IMG/VR virus record: IMGVR_UViG_3300025816_000053
Span: 1-28,655 of that record
Source: a virus
Taxonomy: Duplodnaviria; Caudoviricetes
DNA: 28,655 nt
Strand: one strand, 5' to 3'
The notes beneath the pieces were generated by a model that was not told the DNA's origin, ran no database searches, and was given only the letters and a program-made list of their open reading frames with translations. The translations under genes and the position numbers were made by a program. Of this stretch, positions 18,462 to 26,967 are shown piece by piece (positions within the stretch are counted from its first letter, which is position 1; each line of letters starts with the position of its first letter).

Positions 18462-18708
18462 TTTTTTCTATTTTATTGTAGGTGAATTTTTTAGCAACTT
18501 CTTTATTAAAAAAACTACCTTGTGACTTGGCCATTCTAAACTTGGTAAAGACTGAGTGTGGTACATCCTCATATTCATATTTAACGTCACCTTTGAATGT
18601 GACCAATAACTTTCCGTTTGAGGTGTCGTACTCAGCCTCTATGAGAGTTGTTGAATCAATCTCACAGATTATCTTCTTACCTAATATTCTTTCTGTTTTA
18701 ATAGCCAT
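18454..18708 (-). CDS. KTSC-domain protein
   Basis: DSTTLIEAEYD...LLVTFKGDVKYEYEDVP...FRMAKSQGSFFNKEV. Confidence 0.9.
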   Translation of the reverse strand: MAIKTERILGKKIICEIDSTTLIEAEYDTSNGKLLVTFKGDVKYEYEDVPHSVFTKFRMAKSQGSFFNKEVAKKFTYNKIEKNG

Positions 18709-18709
18709 T

Positions 18710-19174
18710 TTATTCTTCTGTATTAAAGTATTCTTCTAAATCTTTATTCGGTATTGTATATTGGGCTCTCCATCCATCTACAGTTCCTGAAGTGGTTTCT
18801 ACTTTTATATTATCGTGAGACCTAGCATATGGATATGACACTATATTCTTAATACCTAACTCTTCTAAAATCATTTCTAATTTTGTTCTGGCAATATGTT
18901 CATTTATCGAATCGTAATAAAATATAGTATCGTCTTTATATATATTATAGTTAACTCCTTCTACTGAACCTGAATTTAGTTCTTCAGGTTCTTGTTCTAA
19001 TGGTTTGACATCTTCCATGTCATTATTTTTATTAAAAATATTTTTAATAAATTTTTTACCCTTATCAATTCCTCTCTTTATCGCGTCTATAATACCCTGT
19101 TCTTCTATAACTTCTTCATTTAAACCCATTAACTCACGATTACGTTTGACTTCATTTAATATGTTATTCTCCAT
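18710..19174 (-). CDS. hypothetical protein with the shared N-terminal leader
   Basis: Begins MENNILNEVKRNRELMGLNEEVIEEQ. Confidence 0.8.
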   Translation of the reverse strand: MENNILNEVKRNRELMGLNEEVIEEQGIIDAIKRGIDKGKKFIKNIFNKNNDMEDVKPLEQEPEELNSGSVEGVNYNIYKDDTIFYYDSINEHIARTKLEMILEELGIKNIVSYPYARSHDNIKVETTSGTVDGWRAQYTIPNKDLEEYFNTEE

Positions 19175-19187
19175 AATAATATTTTAC

Positions 19188-19195
19188 TATAAATA
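19188..19195 (-). promoter_or_regulatory. putative late promoter TATTTATA
   Basis: 13 nt upstream of ATG 19174, just after a terminator. Confidence 0.65.
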
Positions 19196-19206
19196 CTTGA
19201 GAGAGT

Positions 19207-19240
19207 AAAAAAACCCCTCAGTTTGTATGAGGGGTTTTTT
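19207..19240 (-). terminator. intrinsic terminator (symmetrical)
   Basis: AAAAAACCCCTCA-GTTTGTA-TGAGGGGTTTTTT directly after the UVR gene stop. Confidence 0.9.
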
Positions 19241-19241
19241 A

Positions 19242-19682
19242 TTAGGAATTATACTTCTTAATTTTATCTCGAAGTTTGATTGCCTTTTCAAAATCTTGTT
19301 TAGACACTGCATCGTCTAGTTGAGACTGTATCTCTTGAATCTTTTCTTTATTAGATTCGATAGAAATAATCTTATCTCTCAACTGAGCTGCGGTTTCGTA
19401 ATCTTGTGATTCTACAGCCTTATTCATTTTATCTCTTAACGAAGAAACTTCGATAGAATCTTTTTTGTGTGTTGAGTCACTGTAACGGTAAATGGAGGTT
19501 ATTTGATATGTTCCATCTTCGGATGTGAATGTTTCTTTTGTCCATGCTCCATTCTCATCTTCACCACTATCAACATCCTTTTTACCCCTTACTATCATAG
19601 GATTGTTATAGGAACCAAATCCATCGAATAATGAGTCAAACTCAGATAACAAGTCATTAAAATTAAATTTTCTACGTAACAT
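19242..19682 (-). CDS. tandem UvrB/UvrC-motif (UVR) protein; putative ClpC partner
   Basis: LRDKMNKAVESQDYETAAQLRDKI and IQSQLDDAVSKQDFEKAIKLRDKI. Confidence 0.85.
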   Translation of the reverse strand: MLRRKFNFNDLLSEFDSLFDGFGSYNNPMIVRGKKDVDSGEDENGAWTKETFTSEDGTYQITSIYRYSDSTHKKDSIEVSSLRDKMNKAVESQDYETAAQLRDKIISIESNKEKIQEIQSQLDDAVSKQDFEKAIKLRDKIKKYNS

Positions 19683-19725
19683 TTTTGGTTTTTTTATTTA
19701 AGTTTATTAATTTTACACTCATATT

Positions 19726-19742
19726 ATCAATATCGTGCCAAA
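19726..19742 (-). promoter_or_regulatory. sigma54-like promoter element
   Basis: Minus strand reads TTTGGCACGATATTGAT: a perfect -24 box TGGCACG, with the -12 TTG one base closer than canonical and ending in A rather than C. Confidence 0.5.
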
Positions 19743-19761
19743 CGATAAATTATACCATTAG

Positions 19762-19807
19762 ACTGACATTATGTCATGTAACTTAAAAATTAACTGACAG
19801 AATGTCA
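19762..19807. promoter_or_regulatory. two palindromic operator/enhancer sites ACTGACA-N3-TGTCA
   Basis: TGACATTATGTCA at 19764-19776 and TGACAGAATGTCA at 19795-19807, 31 bp apart. Confidence 0.75.
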
Positions 19808-19863
19808 ATAGTTGATTTATTGGTATAATCTTTACTATAATTGAATTAAATAATTTTTAAAAT

Positions 19864-21882
19864 ATGATTGAATCAGTAGACCCAAACGACAAAGGACCGA
19901 GAAAAAAGAAAGAACAGAGTACATCTAAGACACCTGTACTTGATAATTTTTCTAGAGATTTAATTAAACTAGCATCTGAGGGAAAACTCGACCCAGTAAT
20001 TGGTAGGGACAGTGAGATTAAAAGAATCGCTCAGATTCTTTCTCGTAGGAAAAAGAATAATCCAATTATAATCGGTGAACCTGGTTGTGGTAAAACCGCA
20101 ATCGTTGAAGGTTTGGCTATGAAGATTTTTGAGGGTGATTGTCCTCAAAATCTCTGTGATAAAAGACTCGTGTCTTTAGATATGACTTCTATAGTTGCGG
20201 GTACCAAATACCGTGGACAATTTGAGGAAAGACTTAAGGTAATTCTTGATGAACTTCAAGATAATAACGATATTATTATCTTCATTGATGAAATTCACAC
20301 TATTATCGGTGCAGGTAATACATCTGGTTCCCTTGACGCTTCTAACATTTTTAAACCCGCATTGGCACGAGGTGAACTACAATGTGTTGGAGCGACCACT
20401 CTTGATGAATACCGTGAGAACATCGAGAAGGACGGTGCCTTGGAACGAAGATTTCAAAAGGTAATGGTTGATGGTTCAACTACCGAAGAGACGTTAGAGA
20501 TACTTCAGAATCTAAAATCTCGTTATGAGGACCACCATAAAGTAATATATACTGATAAAGCTCTTCAGACTTGTGTAACACTCGCAGACCGTTACGTAAC
20601 TAATAGGGAGTTCCCTGATAAGGCAATCGATATTATGGATGAGGTTGGCGCCAGAGCTCAAATCAACATTAAACTTCCTGAAATTATTGAAGAACTACGT
20701 AATGAAGCTCTTGAAATTAAGGATAAAAAGATTCAAGTAGTAAAAAGTCAAAAATATGAAGAAGCTGCTCAACTTCGTGACCGTGAGCGAAAGATTATAG
20801 AAAAATTAGAGTACGAAAAAAATATCTTCGACTCTAAAAAAGATGAGGAACGTAAAGAAATTACTGAAGATATGATTTACGATGTTGTTTCACATATGAC
20901 TAAAATACCCCTATCTAAGTTGAACGCGGAGGATAAAGAAGGTTTGTTGGATTTGGAGAATAATCTTAATTCCTCAGTTATTGGTCAAGAAGAAGCGGTT
21001 AAAACGATTTCAAAGGCAATCCGTAGAAACCGTGTAGGTATTAAAGACCCTAATCGACCAATCGGTTCGTTTATCTTCTTGGGTTCTACAGGTATTGGTA
21101 AGACACACTTAGCTAAACAATTAGCGAAAGAAATATTTGGAGATGAAGAGTCCTTAATTCGTGTAGATATGTCTGAGTACCAAGAAAAGTTCTCTATGAG
21201 TAGATTGATTGGTTCACCTCCAGGTTATGTTGGGTACGACCAAGGAGGTCAATTAACCGAAGCAGTTAAAAACAAACCATACTCTGTAGTATTGTTTGAT
21301 GAGATTGAAAAGGCAAACAAGGACATCTTTTCCATCCTACTACAAATGATGGATGACGGTCACCTAACAGATTCTTTCGGTAGAAAAATTAATTTTAGAA
21401 ACTGTCTAATTATTATGACTTCTAACTTAGGTGTTAAGAAACTTCAGGACTTCGGTTCAGGTGTTGGATTCGATACTACCACACGAATCTCAAATAATGA
21501 AGCGATGAAAAAGTCTTTGTTGGAGAAAGAATTGAAGAACCATTTTACTCCTGAGTTCTTGAATCGTGTAGATGAGGTAGTGGTGTTTAATCCTCTCAGA
21601 GAGAGCGAAGTAGAACAAATCGTGGAGATTGAGTTGTCAAAACTAAACCGTAGACTTGACCGACTAGGTTATGTAGTGTCCATCGATAAAAAAGTTAAAA
21701 AGTTCTTATCAGAGGTAGGTTTTGATGAAAAATACGGGGCAAGACCAATTAAAAGAGCAATTCAAGAGAAAATCGAAGATTTGATTTCAGAAGAAGTTCT
21801 TAGAGGTAATATCGTTGAGGGGTTATCTTGTAAGTTGAAAATGAAAGGAGAAGAGGAGGTTGTTTTAGAAAAGGGGAAATAA
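19864..21882 (+). CDS. clpC: ClpC-like Hsp100 AAA+ ATPase lacking the Clp N-terminal domain
   Basis: NBD1 GEPGCGKT and IFIDEIH; pore loop KYRG; short UVR M-domain [13 protein letters not shown]; NBD2 [15 protein letters not shown] and LFDEIEKA; ClpP-docking GVGF loop. Confidence 0.92.
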   Translation: MIESVDPNDKGPRKKKEQSTSKTPVLDNFSRDLIKLASEGKLDPVIGRDSEIKRIAQILSRRKKNNPIIIGEPGCGKTAIVEGLAMKIFEGDCPQNLCDKRLVSLDMTSIVAGTKYRGQFEERLKVILDELQDNNDIIIFIDEIHTIIGAGNTSGSLDASNIFKPALARGELQCVGATTLDEYRENIEKDGALERRFQKVMVDGSTTEETLEILQNLKSRYEDHHKVIYTDKALQTCVTLADRYVTNREFPDKAIDIMDEVGARAQINIKLPEIIEELRNEALEIKDKKIQVVKSQKYEEAAQLRDRERKIIEKLEYEKNIFDSKKDEERKEITEDMIYDVVSHMTKIPLSKLNAEDKEGLLDLENNLNSSVIGQEEAVKTISKAIRRNRVGIKDPNRPIGSFIFLGSTGIGKTHLAKQLAKEIFGDEESLIRVDMSEYQEKFSMSRLIGSPPGYVGYDQGGQLTEAVKNKPYSVVLFDEIEKANKDIFSILLQMMDDGHLTDSFGRKINFRNCLIIMTSNLGVKKLQDFGSGVGFDTTTRISNNEAMKKSLLEKELKNHFTPEFLNRVDEVVVFNPLRESEVEQIVEIELSKLNRRLDRLGYVVSIDKKVKKFLSEVGFDEKYGARPIKRAIQEKIEDLISEEVLRGNIVEGLSCKLKMKGEEEVVLEKGK

Positions 21883-21896
21883 TTCCCCTTTTTTTT
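21869..21896 (+). terminator. intrinsic terminator overlapping the clpC stop
   Basis: AAAAGGGGAA-ATAA-TTCCCCTTTTTTTT. Confidence 0.9.
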
Positions 21897-21925
21897 GTTT
21901 TAATGAAATATTTGTTGTATATTTG
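21894..21925 (+). promoter_or_regulatory. Bacteroidota-type promoter
   Basis: TTTG at 21894-21897, 20-nt spacer, TATATTTG at 21918-21925. Confidence 0.7.
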
Positions 21926-21943
21926 TATATAAATCAACCACAA

Positions 21944-23014
21944 ATGAACAACGAACAACTTAATCGTCTCAAAGAAGTACTTTCAATCCCAACCAAAACC
22001 TATAAGGAAGATGGGATGGTAGACTACATTATTAATATTCTTGAGACAATTGATGGTGTAACGTATTACAATGACCCGATGAATAACGTTTACGCCACTA
22101 AAGGTACATTACCTGATGGTGAGTTTTATCCGATGTTTGTTGCACATACTGATACGGTTCATGAACTGGTTGAAGACATTGTTGTTGAGGAGGAGAATCT
22201 CGAAAAACCACCCACTTTTGGTCGAACGTTTACTGAAGAACTAAACTTATCTCTAAAGGGATACACGCCACAAGGGAATCCAACGGGAATCGGTGGTGAC
22301 GATAAATGTGGTGTTTTTTTGGCACTCGAACTCCTTCGCACTTTGTCACATGTAAAGGTCGGTCTTTTCGTATCTGAAGAGACTGGTTGCCACGGCTCGA
22401 AAGAGTGTGATGTGGAGTTCCTTAAAGACGTGGGATATGCGATTCAATTTGACGCACCTGGAAATCATTTAATTACCGAAGTTTGTTCGGGGGTTCGTTT
22501 ATATGAAAATAAAGGTGATTTTATTAGTCGTATTATCCCCGTCTTTGAAAACACAATGGGTGTTTCCCCTTATCAACAGTCACACCCCTATACCGATGTA
22601 TCTCAAATCAAAATGAAGGGTGACTTCTCTTGTATCAACTTCTCTTGTGGTTACTACAACATGCATACCTCTTCTGAGTTTGTTGTTGTAAAAGACGTGG
22701 AAGACGCCTTTAACTTAGCCGTTGGAGTTGTAAAAGAACTCGGTAATAGTAAGTTTAACTATACTTACGTTCGTCCTACTACTGATTACTACAGTCAAGG
22801 TAATTTGTTTGCTAACTACGAAGATGAAGATGAGGATGATTGTTACGATTACCCTGATTGGGTTGACGGTGATAACCACTACTTTCACATCTCTGAAAGT
22901 GAACTTGAGATTGAGTCTAAATCCACCGGTGATGTAGTGTCTTTGAGTTTAAAGGATATGGGTGAGTTGTACCTCCTTATTCGGGAGCGTCTGTTGGAGA
23001 ATGAAGAGGTTTAA
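21944..23014 (+). CDS. M20/M28-clan zinc metallopeptidase with an acidic C-terminal extension
   Basis: Metal-ligand motifs AHTDTV, GGDDKCG, SEETG, IQFD and YYNMHT. ATG 21944 is preferred because the TTG at 21923 lies inside the promoter. Confidence 0.85.
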   Translation: MNNEQLNRLKEVLSIPTKTYKEDGMVDYIINILETIDGVTYYNDPMNNVYATKGTLPDGEFYPMFVAHTDTVHELVEDIVVEEENLEKPPTFGRTFTEELNLSLKGYTPQGNPTGIGGDDKCGVFLALELLRTLSHVKVGLFVSEETGCHGSKECDVEFLKDVGYAIQFDAPGNHLITEVCSGVRLYENKGDFISRIIPVFENTMGVSPYQQSHPYTDVSQIKMKGDFSCINFSCGYYNMHTSSEFVVVKDVEDAFNLAVGVVKELGNSKFNYTYVRPTTDYYSQGNLFANYEDEDEDDCYDYPDWVDGDNHYFHISESELEIESKSTGDVVSLSLKDMGELYLLIRERLLENEEV

Positions 23015-24873
23015 AAAGGTTCAAAAAGTGTGTAGTTGCTCAACAGTTTAATTATTGTTGTCAATTTCGCACTTCCCTTTTTTCTTTCACCGTCAGGTTT
23101 TACCAAATCAAAATTAATTTTTGAGTTTTTTGGGTTTACTCCGGTGAAAATTATTTGAGTTTCGTCTTCTGCAGTTTTTATTGGGTATGGTCGATTTAAC
23201 CCGAACTTTTTACTGATGTAGTTTAATATACTTCTATACTCAGTTGCGTTAGTAACAATATCCTCATCCATTTCTAAACCTTCTAAAGTGTTTTCTAATA
23301 GATTTGTCATATCACTGTTAAACGAGTCACTAAACACGTCCAAATCCTGATATTCGTTTACACTATCCATAAAATATGTGTTCAAATAAACATTCTGTTG
23401 GATTATATTCTCCAAAACCTGCTCCGAGGACAATTCTTTATTATAATCTAAATTATCTTCATAGATATCAATAAGTTTATCAATACTAATTTTATATTGA
23501 CCAAAACAATTTTCATCGTCAACTTTTGTTAATCCTATTTCATCATAAAGGTTACATATTTCATCTTCAATATGTTTTATCACACCTTCATGTATAGACC
23601 TATCCTCCGACTCAGAATACAAATAACCAAAATCTTCATATAGTTTTGGTAACCGGTCTTTTATAAATTCCGATAATTTTACGTCCCAATCACCATCACG
23701 TTTAATTTCACTACCATCAAAAGATTCTAACAACTCAGGTTCTATTATCTCAACAATAGAACGTAATATATCTATATGTTCAGGTGTTAACACATAAAGA
23801 GGATAACCTTCCCTCATATCTTCATCAAATCTCGATGTCTCATAAAAGAAATCACCATTAGGGTTTTCATATGCCCATAGATAATAATCTATCGCATCTT
23901 CACCAATCTCATCTTCCATAAAGTCCAAATAATTCTTAAGTTCATTACTGAAATTAAAAATCGCGTTTTCACCATCAAACCTATCAAAAAAATGTGAGGT
24001 TAGCCCTTCATACATCGTAATTTTAGGATTGTTTTTAATTTTCTTTAAGGTTTCATAATCATCACCCCGTTCGGTTAGTTTCTTAATTTCTTCTTTAATC
24101 GGTGCGAACCTCTCTAACAAAAATGTGTATCGTTCACCACCATCCTGTTGATTATAAATTTCAGGAGTCCCGTTACCAAATGGTACCAAAAGAGCCATCT
24201 TACCATACGTTCTATCTGAAGACTTTTTATCAATTATATAATATAACTTACCTCTTGACGTATATTTGTTAAAATAGTCATCGTTATTTTCTGTCGTAGT
24301 ACACCACTTGGTAGCCGCCCCGTAGTAACATGATGATTTGTGGGATAAAGGTCGTATAATTAAAAATCTATTGTCCTCGTAAACCTTTTCAACTTCTTTT
24401 TTTACTTCACTTTTAGTTTTTATTTCACTTAAATAATCATCGTACCTATTTACAAACCGAAATAAATCGTTAATAGTGTCAAATGATGTTATATCTTTTG
24501 GATTTAACTTTATTTTCTTTTCAGTACTTTCACTGCTAAATTTTCCGGATAAGTTTAAAACTTTAAATATATCATCAACTTTTTGAGTTGATAAACGGTC
24601 AATAATGTTATGATAATTTTTGATATAGGTCTCTAATATATCAGCGACTCTGTTTGGTACTCCTCCACCTACAACTGTAGATGTAGGGTTTTTTATTTCT
24701 TCTATAAATTGTTTAATTGCCCACTCAGAATACTTCTTAGTTGCACTTGGGTCTTGGTCTATTATCTTTTCGGCGTATTGTATCGATTCGTCACCTAATG
24801 GTTCGAGTTGACTTCGGAACTTATCTATTATACGCTCCTTTTTACCTTCTATTAATAGATTTATAAACTTCAT
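23011..24873 (-). CDS. large hypothetical protein with a PcfJ-like WCT module
   Basis: YEDNRFLIIRPLSHKSSCYYGAATKWCTT...FNKY...LYYIIDK; TAATG coupling to the upstream gene. Confidence 0.65.
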   Translation of the reverse strand: MKFINLLIEGKKERIIDKFRSQLEPLGDESIQYAEKIIDQDPSATKKYSEWAIKQFIEEIKNPTSTVVGGGVPNRVADILETYIKNYHNIIDRLSTQKVDDIFKVLNLSGKFSSESTEKKIKLNPKDITSFDTINDLFRFVNRYDDYLSEIKTKSEVKKEVEKVYEDNRFLIIRPLSHKSSCYYGAATKWCTTTENNDDYFNKYTSRGKLYYIIDKKSSDRTYGKMALLVPFGNGTPEIYNQQDGGERYTFLLERFAPIKEEIKKLTERGDDYETLKKIKNNPKITMYEGLTSHFFDRFDGENAIFNFSNELKNYLDFMEDEIGEDAIDYYLWAYENPNGDFFYETSRFDEDMREGYPLYVLTPEHIDILRSIVEIIEPELLESFDGSEIKRDGDWDVKLSEFIKDRLPKLYEDFGYLYSESEDRSIHEGVIKHIEDEICNLYDEIGLTKVDDENCFGQYKISIDKLIDIYEDNLDYNKELSSEQVLENIIQQNVYLNTYFMDSVNEYQDLDVFSDSFNSDMTNLLENTLEGLEMDEDIVTNATEYRSILNYISKKFGLNRPYPIKTAEDETQIIFTGVNPKNSKINFDLVKPDGERKKGSAKLTTIIKLLSNYTLFEPF

Positions 24874-26309
24874 TAATTATATGCTGCACAACCTATACCA
24901 CCACTATCTTCAAAAAATCCACCACCACCCTTTTTTATTCGGTTAAAGATAATACGGTTTTTATTTCCACCTCCACTACCCCCTTCAGGTACTATCTTAA
25001 TACCCCATTCACCAAGTGTGGAGGGAGGTTTAGGGTCAGTACCTCCTGTATCATAATCAAATTTAACCGCTAGTTGTATTACACAATATTTGTATTGCTC
25101 ATATTCGTTTGGTGAGTTATGTGGTTCTTGTCCGTTAAAGTCTCTATTCCCATCTTTTTTAAACGATTTAGGGTCTCCCCCTCCATCAGAAAATAGATTA
25201 GGTGAAGGAGGGTTTGGACCTGATGAACCGTCTTTATTTTTACCATTAGAATTCAAAGTAACCTTAGAAGTGCTTATATCAGGTATTATAGAACTTAACT
25301 CGTTAACGATATAACTATACACACTTTCTGCCCTTGATTGAGATAGTTCTTTAAAGTTCATCTGTTGTGCCTCTCCTGTATTTCTATATCTTGAAGCTGA
25401 TGTCGCGATTACAAATGGGTAGTTTTTACCATCAACCTTAGTCGCTACTGAAACTTTGGCTCCTGGAAATTGTTTTAGAAAATCGGAAATATCTCCTTTG
25501 AATTTTTTAGTCCAGTTAATAACTCCTTGAGCTACCCTTGTTGAATTATTTGGGAATGGTTCTCCTTCAGTCTTTTTATCGATTGAGTGTTTTACTTTAA
25601 CCGCGGGTATTACAGTTTCTTCTTTATCTTCTGTCGATAACTTACCAGGTTTTAAACGTATTACTTTAATATTTTTTCTACATTCACCCATGTCAGGAGT
25701 ACTCTTATCTTTCTTCTCAGGAAATTTTTTAGTACACCAATTTATAAAATACTCAATAAAACCTTCTTTTACTTCTTCTGTCATAGGTGGCACTTCAGCA
25801 CCTGTTTGTCTTTTTTGTGAGCCTGTGACTCTTTCACCCGCCTTGTAATCACCACTACTGCAAGTTTTTAATGATGATTCGTTGTAATTAGGATTTTTAG
25901 AGTCATCACCTAAAGAAAAACCTGTTTTAGGTTGACCTAATCTTTTTCCGTTTTGGTCTTCGATATTTCTTAATTCTTTAGAAGCTGACCTATATTGACT
26001 ATCATCATTAAAATAACCTTTAGGTATGTAGTTATAACTTGAATAAAGATACTGACCTTCAACACCTCTTTTACTTGTTACACTTTCAGGTAATTTATCC
26101 GGTTTTAATTCTGAAACAGGAAATCTATATTTAAAATAATATTTAGGACTACAGATAAAATCAGAACCTGCACTTTCCCAATATATTTTACTTTTTTCAC
26201 CTAAAAGACTAACAAATAACCTTTCTGTGGTGTTAGTTTGTTCTAAAACTAACTCTAACCCCATAATTTGTCTCATACGGCTTACTTCACTAATTACATT
26301 ACGTTTCAT
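24873..26309 (-). CDS. hypothetical protein with the shared leader and a divergent OmpA-like C-terminal domain
   Basis: Start at ATG 26309 (MKRNVISEVSRMRQIMGL), 13 nt after TATTTATA. SAS...NFKELSQSRAESVYSYI resembles the OmpA_C NxxLSxxRAxxV motif. Confidence 0.65.
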   Translation of the reverse strand: MKRNVISEVSRMRQIMGLELVLEQTNTTERLFVSLLGEKSKIYWESAGSDFICSPKYYFKYRFPVSELKPDKLPESVTSKRGVEGQYLYSSYNYIPKGYFNDDSQYRSASKELRNIEDQNGKRLGQPKTGFSLGDDSKNPNYNESSLKTCSSGDYKAGERVTGSQKRQTGAEVPPMTEEVKEGFIEYFINWCTKKFPEKKDKSTPDMGECRKNIKVIRLKPGKLSTEDKEETVIPAVKVKHSIDKKTEGEPFPNNSTRVAQGVINWTKKFKGDISDFLKQFPGAKVSVATKVDGKNYPFVIATSASRYRNTGEAQQMNFKELSQSRAESVYSYIVNELSSIIPDISTSKVTLNSNGKNKDGSSGPNPPSPNLFSDGGGDPKSFKKDGNRDFNGQEPHNSPNEYEQYKYCVIQLAVKFDYDTGGTDPKPPSTLGEWGIKIVPEGGSGGGNKNRIIFNRIKKGGGGFFEDSGGIGCAAYN

Positions 26310-26322
26310 TGTAAATTTTCTA

Positions 26323-26330
26323 TATAAATA
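26323..26330 (-). promoter_or_regulatory. putative late promoter TATTTATA
   Basis: 13 nt upstream of ATG 26309. Confidence 0.65.
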
Positions 26331-26331
26331 G

Positions 26332-26362
26332 TTTGTATAAAGAAAAACTTTCACTATCTTTA
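26332..26362 (+). promoter_or_regulatory. Bacteroidota-type promoter (variant)
   Basis: TTTG at 26332-26335, 19-nt spacer, TATCTTTA. Confidence 0.45.
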
Positions 26363-26367
26363 TGTTT

Positions 26368-26931
26368 ATGAAATATCTATTACCTCTCCTTTTTTGTTTA
26401 ATTTCATTAACGTCAACATCTCAAATTACATGGGAAGGTGCCCAATGTTATTATATTGATGACAAGGGTAATGAGGTTGGGGTTCCGTGTGATAACGTAC
26501 TACCTACACCTGTTTTTACAGGAAATATTGATTCTCTTTGTTGGGAAATGGAGAAACGGTTTGTTGACACTTTAAATGAGTGGAGGCGTAATCACGGACT
26601 TAATGAGTTACAATATGATTCAGAAATGGAATCATTATTGACTGTACCTTGGAATGAAAAACAGGTTCAGATGGGTGATATTAGTCACGGTGAAGGTTAT
26701 AACAGTTTAGGAAATAGAAGTGATAGAGTCGGTATTGGTGGTGTGGGAGAGTGTTGTGCTTATAATTATAAGTCTGATATGGGTGAAGTATCACGATTTT
26801 TTATTCAATACAAAGATAGTCCTCCACACTGGGAAATTTTAACCGATGATGACTATGACTATATTTCAGTCTCGGTATTATACGACCAAGAAACAAATCG
26901 TTATTATTCTGTCGTAAATGTTCGGTGGTAA
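26368..26931 (+). CDS. secreted CAP (SCP/YkwD)-domain protein
   Basis: Signal peptide MKYLLPLLFCLISLTSTSQ; motifs LNEWRRNHGLNEL, ISH, VGE and SPPHWEIL. Start is 26362 or 26368. Confidence 0.85.
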   Translation: MKYLLPLLFCLISLTSTSQITWEGAQCYYIDDKGNEVGVPCDNVLPTPVFTGNIDSLCWEMEKRFVDTLNEWRRNHGLNELQYDSEMESLLTVPWNEKQVQMGDISHGEGYNSLGNRSDRVGIGGVGECCAYNYKSDMGEVSRFFIQYKDSPPHWEILTDDDYDYISVSVLYDQETNRYYSVVNVRW

Positions 26932-26932
26932 T

Positions 26933-26963
26933 TTTGTTTTAATCGGTATATTTTGTATATTTG
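26933..26963 (+). promoter_or_regulatory. Bacteroidota-type promoter
   Basis: TTTG at 26933-26936, 19-nt spacer, TATATTTG at 26956-26963; the ATG is only 4 nt later. Confidence 0.7.
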
Positions 26964-26967
26964 ATTT

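Noticed and set aside
19242-19682. UvrB/UvrC repair protein or canonical McsA
   Set aside because: Only the UVR coiled-coil motifs are present; there is no helicase or nuclease domain and no CxxC zinc motifs.
19864-21882. ClpB annotation, or a pseudogene truncated at the 5' end
   Set aside because: The short UVR-type M-domain and VGF loop indicate ClpC. The 181-bp upstream region is regulatory, with no remnant N-domain, and all motifs are intact.
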